Shown: positions 9,553 through 17,882 of the stretch, piece after piece
Layout of the letters: each line of letters begins with the position of its first letter
How positions within the stretch are numbered: the stretch's first letter is position 1
Virus record (IMG/VR): IMGVR_UViG_3300025872_000041
Location: 50,559 to 114,558 of that record
DNA from: a virus
Lineage: Duplodnaviria; Caudoviricetes
Strand: one strand, 5' to 3'
DNA: 64,000 nt
Notes under the pieces: model-generated
Databases searched by the model: none
Told to the model about the DNA's origin: nothing
What the model saw: the letters and a program-made list of their open reading frames with translations, nothing else
Program-made: the position numbers and the translations under genes

Positions 9553-12500
9553 TGGCAAAGAAAAAACCTATAGTATCTCCTTTAGGTCAGTGGGCTTATC
9601 CCGGTGAAGTTACAATCATACCCTCTTCTAACATAACAATGAAGGGGGTTAATTATCCTGTATTAGGTGTAGATGATTTAGGTAACAGCCAGATGATGAT
9701 GCCAGGTCAAGATTATAATTTTGCTGGACAATATGTAACTGAGTATCCTCAGATGCAGTTTGGTGGTATGTCTAAAAGAAAGATAGACAAAATTCTTAAT
9801 CAGAACAAAGATTTAAACTTTGTTCAAAGAATGTATCAATCTAATACACCAAGTATAATTATACCCGGTCAGAAATATCCTTCTACACATTTTATGGAAA
9901 GCTCTGATGGTCGTGTATATCCTACAGTTGTACAAATGCCTGATGGTAGTTTACAATACTTAGGAGATAATGCATATGATTATGCAAATCAGACCGGTCA
10001 GTATATTGAGTTTCCTAATGATAGGCAAGCTAGAAGATTTGCTAAGAGTTATAAAAAAGGAACCGGGGTATTACAAGAGTTTGGTAAAGGTGGTTTAAGA
10101 CAGTGGTTTGCTGAAGAGTGGACCGATGTTAAGACCGGTAAACCTTGTGGTAGGTCAGGTGATGAGAAAGGTTCTAGACCTTATCCTGCATGCAGACCTA
10201 AGAAGCGGGTAAATGAAACAACCCCCAAGACTACATCAGAGATGTCATCTGCAGAGAAGGCTAAGTTTAAAAGAGAGAAAACATCTGGTAAGCGTATAGA
10301 CTATAATCATAAGCGTAGACAAGATGGTGGTGAAACAGGATGGTTAGATGAATATCAAACTGGTGGTAGTGAACAGAATCCTGAAAGAATGCAGGGTATT
10401 GATATCAAGCGTAAAAAGAAAAATGTAAGCGATAGTCCTAGATATCAGTATGATGATAAAGGTAATTTATTATATACTCCAGAATTAAGTATATGGCCAT
10501 ACGCATCAGATGGTAGTTCAAGAGATGAATTTTTAGTAAATCCTAAATTATCTGTTCAGAATTTAAATCCGACTTTAGAAGAATTTATAAATGTTGCTTC
10601 TCCATATTATCCGATAGATAATAAGTTAGTAACGGATCCAAAAATTAATTTACAATCCTCTAATTATCAAAGATCTCTAGAACAAGAATATGTTTTACCA
10701 CAGATAGTTGGTAAGTCATTTGGTAATTTACCTATAGTTAAAGATGATGGATATTCTCCAAATAGAAGATGGGTCTCTAATTTAAGAGCTAAAGATACTG
10801 GTGCAAAATTTGGTAAAGATTCTTATGCCTATGTTTTAAAAACTAATCCAAATAATTTAGTAGATTATTCTACAAAAAAGGCTATTGAAGCTGCAGTATC
10901 TTCAAATGATGAAGATTTTTATGATTATTTAGCAAAAAATAATTATTCACCTAATATGGTGCAGCAACTTGAAAAAAACCGTCCTGATCAAATCTGGAAT
11001 CGTGCGGAACAAATGCGGGTTGAAATGCGTAATAATCCAGAAATAATGTCTTGGGCTAATCTGCATAATGTGGATTTGGGATATAAAGAAAAAGGAAAAG
11101 GTGATGATTCTTTTGCTTCTAAAATTCCGGAATCTATTTATGCAAATAGATTAGTAAGAGCAGGATTACCTACAAATAGACCTGACTATGAATATAAACC
11201 GATGGAAACTTATATAGTACAAGATCCTTCTAAGTTTGATCTTGCTGGTTATTTTCCAATGGGTTCTATAGTAAAAGATGCTGAGCAAAAAGTACTTAAT
11301 AAAAAAATACCAGGAAAATTAAAAAGAGAATATATCTATAGTAATAGTCCAGAATATTTTGAAAAAGAAGCTTATATAAAAGATGAGATGGCAAGAAGAA
11401 TGGGTATTAATCCAAGTGCTTTTGATTCTGGAGAGTATCTTATTCACTATAATCAATCACCTATAACAGAATATACACCAGGTAAGAAATATGGTGGATG
11501 GTTAGAAGAGTATCAACGTGGTGGAACATTACCTCCTATATATACATCTAATCCAAGAAAAGTACAATTTTATCAGGATAGTTTAAATTTATATAATAAA
11601 TATCAACCATCCTTTGATAAATATAAAAACTGGACTAGACTAAATAATATACAAACTGCTTCTTTACAAGGTAATGATTTATTTAATCAGCATTGGGGTC
11701 CTTTTAAACCTAAAGGTCCTTCTCCTTATAATGAGCATATAGTAATAAAACCTGTAGAAGAAATGATGCATCATTATCTAAGACCTCGTGGGGGTCCAGG
11801 TAATTTTACTCATCTTACTGAAAGACCAGGAAATAATTATTTAGAAACTAAACTATCTGATTATCTTACACCTAATTCAAGAGAAACTCGTCTTTGGCAT
11901 GCAGTTGATAATAATGGTAGGTACTTACCACTGGGTGTTGGTATAACTCCTTCTCAAAAAAGAAGTAATGATGCTAGAAGAAGTAGAACGTGGCCTGTTA
12001 GTGTAACTAAAAAAGATTTTCTAGATTTAGGATTAACTGGTGTTACTCCAGATTTAAATTCTGTTTTTAGATTTAAAAAACCAGTACAACCTTATATTTT
12101 AACAAATCCAGAAATTACTCCTAAAGTAGTAGAACCAGTTTCAGTAGTAGAACCACCTAAGCCTTCTTTATTTGTATCTAATATAGATAGGGACATGTAT
12201 ACTCCCGGTGGAGGAATGGCTAGAGAATATAACATTGGTGTTACATTACAAGATGGCAACCGGAAATCATTCAGAACTGAAAAAGAATTTCAGGATTGGA
12301 AGGCTGCAAATAACTTAGATATTAGTAAAGCTAAAGTAACTGAAGGTAGAGGTTATAGTTATGACTATCCAGAAAATAAGAAGTATGGTGGATGGTTGAA
12401 TAAATATCAAACAGGTGGTTGGGCTGGTTGGACACCTAATGTAGGTAAGCCATATATGAGAACTAGTCCTGCAGGTAATGCCGGCTACACTGATAATACT

Positions 12501-15356
12501 AGAGTAGTTAATCAGAATACAAATGTTAGTGCAGAGAATAGAAAAGCAGCGGAAGCAGCTGAATATGCTAAACGTGTAGGTAGTATTAGTCAGGGTAAAA
12601 CTAAATCTGCTTATGAAAAAGCAAGAGAAGCTAGTTCATTAGTAGCACAAGCAGAACAACGTAAAGGTTCTGCTGATCCTTTAGACTATGTATTAGATAT
12701 GGTTAATCCGGCTACGTATGGATTTGCCGGAGCTGATCTAATAGGTAATACTGCAATGGGTGTAAACAACTTAGCTAAAGGTAATTTTAGTGAAGCTGCT
12801 GGTAATGCTTTTGATGCTGGTATGAATGCTTTGTATTTATTGCCTGCAAAAGGTGTTGCTAAAGCTATTGCAAGTCCTATGGCATTTAGACCTGTAGAAG
12901 GTATGATGTATAGAGGTCTTGGTAAAGAAGGTTTTAGAGATGCTATAGAGTCAGGTGTATTTAGACCTAAACAACTTAATTATTCTCCCGGTAGATCTCT
13001 TGCTGAAAAAGCTAACTCTCCAAAACAATTTAGTAGTACATATTATGCACCAAGTAAAAAATTTGGAGTTGTAGAAAGATATGGTTCAGATTATGTAGCT
13101 GAAGTACCTTATAATGAAGCTGATTTTTTTAGAAGGTATAGTAAAAGAAATGATTGGAGTTATTCTACTCCAAGACAAATTCCTATTACTGAAGGAAGAA
13201 TATTAAAGAAAGATTGGTTACTAGGATATAAACCAATAGATGTTTCTAATGCACAATCTTCTATGAATCTATCTAAAATGGATGGTAGCTATTTAGTTCG
13301 TGAACTTTTAGGAGAAGCAATTAAAGGTAATCAAAATAGAAAAGCAATTGCTGAAGGAAATGCTTGGTTAAAAAATTGGATTGATGATCCAATAACTCAA
13401 ACTAAGATAGATACTGATTTAGGTTGGATTCCACAAAGAAGTAATATTTTAAAAGATAAATTTAGCTTAGGCTATGAACAAGCTAAATCATTTACACCTG
13501 TTTCAAAAGAATATCCTTTTTCAGAACAATTAAACGATTATTTTATTCGTGTTAAACCCCATATACATTCTGGTAATAGTGGTGTAAGTTATTTACACAG
13601 TAGAGATCCCTATTCAAGATCAATATCAGAACAATTTAATGATCCTAGATTAAAAGCTAGTTGGATTAGTAGAAATCCTAGTATATCTAAACCAGTAAGA
13701 AGATCTACTACTGTTCATGAAGGAACTCATGACTGGACCTCTGATTTTTTATTGAGAGAATCAGGACAAATGGGTGACATAAGAAATTTATATTCAGATG
13801 ATATTAGAAATCTCAGTGATCAATGGAAAAGTTTAAGAAATAGCGGTATTAATCCTTCTGAAGTAATGGGTCGTGAAAATGCTACTTTAGGTTATTTAGC
13901 AGATCCAACTGAAGTACATGCTAGAATTATGGAATTAAGGCAACTTATGAAAATGACTCCGGAACAATCTGTAATGGTTACTCCTGAAAAAGCTGCTGAT
14001 ATAATAACAAAAGTACAAAACCCAAAAAATGCAAAATTTGTAGATCCTAGATTTCTTGATGTTATAGATAAAGATCCTAAAAAATTAGCAACTTTATTTA
14101 ATAGACTATGGGCGGTTCCTGCTGTAGCTACAGCATCTCAATTACTAGAACAAAAGAATGGTGGTTGGTTAGATACATATCAAGATGGTGGAGAGAATCT
14201 TCCAGAGTTAAATTCTAAAATAGATATTGCTAACTTCTATAAGAATCCTTTAAGTGAGAAGTATGGTATCTACCAGGATCCTACAGATAATACATACAAG
14301 TATTATTCAAAGTCTGCAGAGGAACCAAACATCCCATTAAAAACATTTGATTTTACTAATCTGGGTAATATTGCAAGAAGAATTGATAAAAAGGAAATAA
14401 CTACTCCACAACCAATTAAGTATAATTCTAAAATGATAGATTATGCAGCTGATCAGGATTACTTAACAGCATTGGCTACTGAAGAATTTCCTATTATTCC
14501 ACCATCTTTTAAAGATGTTTTAAGTAATATTCCTAAATTAGAAACAATAAATACTATTCCTAAACCTAAAGCGTTACCTAATAAACAACCTGCAGTCAAT
14601 AACGCTTTTACATTTGATAGCAATTATTGGAATAGTGCTGATGTACAAGCTGAGGTTTTTAATAGACAATTAAAAGATAATAAATGGTATGGTGAGTTTG
14701 ATAAACGTGGTGATAATGTATTAAATAGAACTGATGTAAAAAGAAATTATGACTCTGAAGTTTTCTTACAGAATTTAGCAACTCCAAATTCTGTAGTTAT
14801 AGATATTGGATCTGCTTTAGGTAACAATAATCCAAAACTTGCAGGGGTATCTGTATATGAATTAGCTTCTAATCCTAAAATAAAAAGTAAGAATATTAAA
14901 GTTATAGCAACAGATATTCCTTCAGAAGTAAAAGGATTTGAAGAATTAAAAAGACGCGGTAATAGTGTGTATCCTATTGATTATGCTCAAGTACCAGAAA
15001 CATTTAATACTCCTGTAAGAGATATTTTAAAAGCTAAAAATCTAGAGAATGTTAAAGATGTATATCTTAGAGCTGCTAATAGTATAGATTTGCTTATGAA
15101 TGTACAGGAAACTAGTGAACATTTTAAACATATAAGTAGTACTTTAAAAGATAAAAACGTAACTTACTTATATAACAATACCATATTATATAAACCAGCT
15201 GGTTCTACTAAATTTAAAAAATTAGGTAATTTAAATAATAGTGCTTTTGATCATAGATCACCAAGTTGGAAAAATAATCCTAATAGAAATCATTATACAC
15301 TCTTACCAACTAATAAAACCGGTGGTGAAACGGGTTGGCTTAATAAATACAAATAA
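9552..15356 (+). CDS. large modular virion (cargo-like) protein with ART-like, zincin and methyltransferase-like modules
   Basis: 1934 aa. Modules are separated by GGWLxxYQxGG-type repeats and include 'MYRGLG...STYYAP...VAEV', 'HEGTH...PTEVHAR' and 'VIDIGS...VIATDI'. Confidence 0.6.
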   Translation: MAKKKPIVSPLGQWAYPGEVTIIPSSNITMKGVNYPVLGVDDLGNSQMMMPGQDYNFAGQYVTEYPQMQFGGMSKRKIDKILNQNKDLNFVQRMYQSNTPSIIIPGQKYPSTHFMESSDGRVYPTVVQMPDGSLQYLGDNAYDYANQTGQYIEFPNDRQARRFAKSYKKGTGVLQEFGKGGLRQWFAEEWTDVKTGKPCGRSGDEKGSRPYPACRPKKRVNETTPKTTSEMSSAEKAKFKREKTSGKRIDYNHKRRQDGGETGWLDEYQTGGSEQNPERMQGIDIKRKKKNVSDSPRYQYDDKGNLLYTPELSIWPYASDGSSRDEFLVNPKLSVQNLNPTLEEFINVASPYYPIDNKLVTDPKINLQSSNYQRSLEQEYVLPQIVGKSFGNLPIVKDDGYSPNRRWVSNLRAKDTGAKFGKDSYAYVLKTNPNNLVDYSTKKAIEAAVSSNDEDFYDYLAKNNYSPNMVQQLEKNRPDQIWNRAEQMRVEMRNNPEIMSWANLHNVDLGYKEKGKGDDSFASKIPESIYANRLVRAGLPTNRPDYEYKPMETYIVQDPSKFDLAGYFPMGSIVKDAEQKVLNKKIPGKLKREYIYSNSPEYFEKEAYIKDEMARRMGINPSAFDSGEYLIHYNQSPITEYTPGKKYGGWLEEYQRGGTLPPIYTSNPRKVQFYQDSLNLYNKYQPSFDKYKNWTRLNNIQTASLQGNDLFNQHWGPFKPKGPSPYNEHIVIKPVEEMMHHYLRPRGGPGNFTHLTERPGNNYLETKLSDYLTPNSRETRLWHAVDNNGRYLPLGVGITPSQKRSNDARRSRTWPVSVTKKDFLDLGLTGVTPDLNSVFRFKKPVQPYILTNPEITPKVVEPVSVVEPPKPSLFVSNIDRDMYTPGGGMAREYNIGVTLQDGNRKSFRTEKEFQDWKAANNLDISKAKVTEGRGYSYDYPENKKYGGWLNKYQTGGWAGWTPNVGKPYMRTSPAGNAGYTDNTRVVNQNTNVSAENRKAAEAAEYAKRVGSISQGKTKSAYEKAREASSLVAQAEQRKGSADPLDYVLDMVNPATYGFAGADLIGNTAMGVNNLAKGNFSEAAGNAFDAGMNALYLLPAKGVAKAIASPMAFRPVEGMMYRGLGKEGFRDAIESGVFRPKQLNYSPGRSLAEKANSPKQFSSTYYAPSKKFGVVERYGSDYVAEVPYNEADFFRRYSKRNDWSYSTPRQIPITEGRILKKDWLLGYKPIDVSNAQSSMNLSKMDGSYLVRELLGEAIKGNQNRKAIAEGNAWLKNWIDDPITQTKIDTDLGWIPQRSNILKDKFSLGYEQAKSFTPVSKEYPFSEQLNDYFIRVKPHIHSGNSGVSYLHSRDPYSRSISEQFNDPRLKASWISRNPSISKPVRRSTTVHEGTHDWTSDFLLRESGQMGDIRNLYSDDIRNLSDQWKSLRNSGINPSEVMGRENATLGYLADPTEVHARIMELRQLMKMTPEQSVMVTPEKAADIITKVQNPKNAKFVDPRFLDVIDKDPKKLATLFNRLWAVPAVATASQLLEQKNGGWLDTYQDGGENLPELNSKIDIANFYKNPLSEKYGIYQDPTDNTYKYYSKSAEEPNIPLKTFDFTNLGNIARRIDKKEITTPQPIKYNSKMIDYAADQDYLTALATEEFPIIPPSFKDVLSNIPKLETINTIPKPKALPNKQPAVNNAFTFDSNYWNSADVQAEVFNRQLKDNKWYGEFDKRGDNVLNRTDVKRNYDSEVFLQNLATPNSVVIDIGSALGNNNPKLAGVSVYELASNPKIKSKNIKVIATDIPSEVKGFEELKRRGNSVYPIDYAQVPETFNTPVRDILKAKNLENVKDVYLRAANSIDLLMNVQETSEHFKHISSTLKDKNVTYLYNNTILYKPAGSTKFKKLGNLNNSAFDHRSPSWKNNPNRNHYTLLPTNKTGGETGWLNKYK

Positions 15357-15361
15357 CTAAA

Positions 15362-17878
15362 ATGAAAGATAAATTTTTACAAATGGCTGGTGTTAATTCT
15401 GAGGAAGAATTCTATTCTATGTTTCCTACAGAAGAAGCATTCTTTCAAGCTTATCCTGAAGCCAGAGAAATGAAAAAGGGTGGTAATGTACCCACTAATC
15501 CAGAACTATATTCTCGTGTTAAATCTGAGGCTAAATCTAAATTTGATAGATGGCCTTCAGCTTATGGTTCTGCATGGCTTGTTAAGACTTACAAGAGCCG
15601 TGGTGGTGGATATAGAAAAGCTCAAACCGGTGGTGCTATGGGACAAGAAATGTTTCAGTATCCTAACTATGAATCTCTTGGTAGCTACTTTGATAAAGTA
15701 AATGAGTATAATAAAAATAATATTCAAGAGCCTGTTGGTGATTTCTTAAAAAATACTGCAATGGCTATAGGTCAAGGAATGGATAATGGTGAAGGAAATG
15801 GTGAAGATAAAATGAAAATGGCTAATCTTGCTATGAATTTTATGGGTATGCCAGCTATGGGTATGGGTGGTGTAGGTATGATGATGCGTGATAACTATTA
15901 TGATGAAGGTGGTGAAATGGCAATGGGTCAGATAATGGCTATGAATGATAAGATTGCTAGATTACAAAACTTTATTAATGCTGAGTCAGAAGTTGAACCC
16001 TGGGTAGCTAGTAAATTAACTTTAGCTGATGATTATATTTCTTCTGTTGCTGATTACATGCAATTTAATGAGGGTTCTCAAGAAGAAGGAGAGGAAGAAG
16101 AGGAAGACATTGACATGAACATGGGTGAGATGGAAGAGATGAAGATGGGTGGTATTCCTCAGCGTTATAAGAACCGGGGATTTACTAAAGTAGGTGCTAA
16201 AAGAAAATCTGATAGAGCTGGTAAGAAATGGATGGTATTAGCTAAGAAAGGTGACAAGTATAAAATTGTACATGGTGGTTACACTGGTATGAAAGATTTT
16301 AGTCAACATGGTTCTGAGAAGCGTAAAGATAATTTCTGGAATAGAATGGGTGGTAAGAACTCAGCTAAGGCTACAGATCCATTCTCTCCTTTATACTGGC
16401 ACAAGCGTTTTGGTACTTGGGCTAAAGGTGGTGAAATGATGCCTCCTGAGATTGCACGTGCACGTTTTGCAGCTGCCGGTAACTTAGATAAATTAGATGA
16501 TTATGGTTATGCTATGGGTGGATATATTCCTGAAATGGCTGCTGGTGGTTGGGCACAACAAGCTGCTATTGCCATTGCAATGAAAAAAGCTGGTAAGAAA
16601 CCTAAGTCTGCAAAAGGTGGTGAACCACAAAATGCTGGCTTCCAAGCATTACCTCCTTATGTACAAGCTAAGATCTTATCTAATATGGCAGAAGGAGGAA
16701 CTTATGGTTCTGCTCCTATTAATACATTCATGTCTCCTGGTATTGATAATGATCCTAGGTTTGAACAATATTATAATCAACAGATACAACAATTTAATAA
16801 AGCTGGTGTAAAACAAGTACCATCACGTAATGATATTTATTCTTACTATCAGTCTTCTAATCCTCAATCAGCCGTAGATCAAACAGGACGTATGATTTTT
16901 AATTCTGCACCAGGAACTATTTCTAGCTCAACTACATTTACACAAGCTGTAGATCCTAAAACAGGTAAAGTATTAAATCAAGGTTCTAACTTAGAAAAGG
17001 CTGCATTTGATCAACAAGCTCGTAGATTTCAAGAAGGTGGTCCTGCTTTAACAGAAGAGCAAAAAGCTGCGGCTGCTGAAGCTGCTGCTAAGAAAAAGAA
17101 ACGTAATGATACTATGACTGGTATTGGTTTAGGTATTGGAACTGCTGCTGGTGTTATTGCTTCTGAAATCAGAGCTGCTCGTAAGCAGAGAGGTTATGAA
17201 GAGTTTATGAATTCTAATGATCCAAGACTTGGTACTGGTCAAACTCCATCAAATAAAGAACTTCGTAAAATGGGTAGAAGAATGTATGGTGGTGATATAG
17301 ATATGTATGGTGGTCAAATGGATATGGATGCTATGTATAATATGATGAAGGGTGGTTCTACATTTAGTGGAAATGCATGGTATGGTAAAGGTGGACAACC
17401 TTGTTATGAATGTGGTGGTAATGTATATCAAGAAGGTGGACAACAAGATGAGGTTATGCAAGCTATTCAGATGTATGCTGAGATGACTCAAACGGATCCT
17501 GAGCAACTTATGGCAGAACTACAATCTTTACCTCCTTTGGAGCAACAAGAGGTTATTCAAAAGATTATGCAAGCTATTCAAGAAGCACAAACTGGTCAAA
17601 TGAAGAACGGTGGTATCTATATTAATCCAGCTAACAAAGGTAAGTTTACTGAGTCAGCTAATAGAGCCGGTATGGGTGTGCAAGAGTTTGCTAGAAAGGT
17701 ACTTGCAAATAAAGAGGACTATAGTGCAACACAAGTAAAAAGAGCTAACTTTGCTAGAAACGCTGCTAATTGGAAGAAACAATTTGGCGGCATGACTCAA
17801 GGTGCAGAATTAGAATTACATCCTGATGAGATTCAAGCATTGATTGATCAGGGTTATGGTATTGAGTATTTAGATTAA
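15362..17878 (+). CDS. modular Met/Gly-rich virion protein with about 19 xxxGG motifs
   Basis: 838 aa of short basic or acidic modules, each ending in a motif such as MKKGG, YDEGG, WAKGG, FQEGG or MKNGG. Confidence 0.6.
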   Translation: MKDKFLQMAGVNSEEEFYSMFPTEEAFFQAYPEAREMKKGGNVPTNPELYSRVKSEAKSKFDRWPSAYGSAWLVKTYKSRGGGYRKAQTGGAMGQEMFQYPNYESLGSYFDKVNEYNKNNIQEPVGDFLKNTAMAIGQGMDNGEGNGEDKMKMANLAMNFMGMPAMGMGGVGMMMRDNYYDEGGEMAMGQIMAMNDKIARLQNFINAESEVEPWVASKLTLADDYISSVADYMQFNEGSQEEGEEEEEDIDMNMGEMEEMKMGGIPQRYKNRGFTKVGAKRKSDRAGKKWMVLAKKGDKYKIVHGGYTGMKDFSQHGSEKRKDNFWNRMGGKNSAKATDPFSPLYWHKRFGTWAKGGEMMPPEIARARFAAAGNLDKLDDYGYAMGGYIPEMAAGGWAQQAAIAIAMKKAGKKPKSAKGGEPQNAGFQALPPYVQAKILSNMAEGGTYGSAPINTFMSPGIDNDPRFEQYYNQQIQQFNKAGVKQVPSRNDIYSYYQSSNPQSAVDQTGRMIFNSAPGTISSSTTFTQAVDPKTGKVLNQGSNLEKAAFDQQARRFQEGGPALTEEQKAAAAEAAAKKKKRNDTMTGIGLGIGTAAGVIASEIRAARKQRGYEEFMNSNDPRLGTGQTPSNKELRKMGRRMYGGDIDMYGGQMDMDAMYNMMKGGSTFSGNAWYGKGGQPCYECGGNVYQEGGQQDEVMQAIQMYAEMTQTDPEQLMAELQSLPPLEQQEVIQKIMQAIQEAQTGQMKNGGIYINPANKGKFTESANRAGMGVQEFARKVLANKEDYSATQVKRANFARNAANWKKQFGGMTQGAELELHPDEIQALIDQGYGIEYLD

Positions 17879-17882
17879 TACA

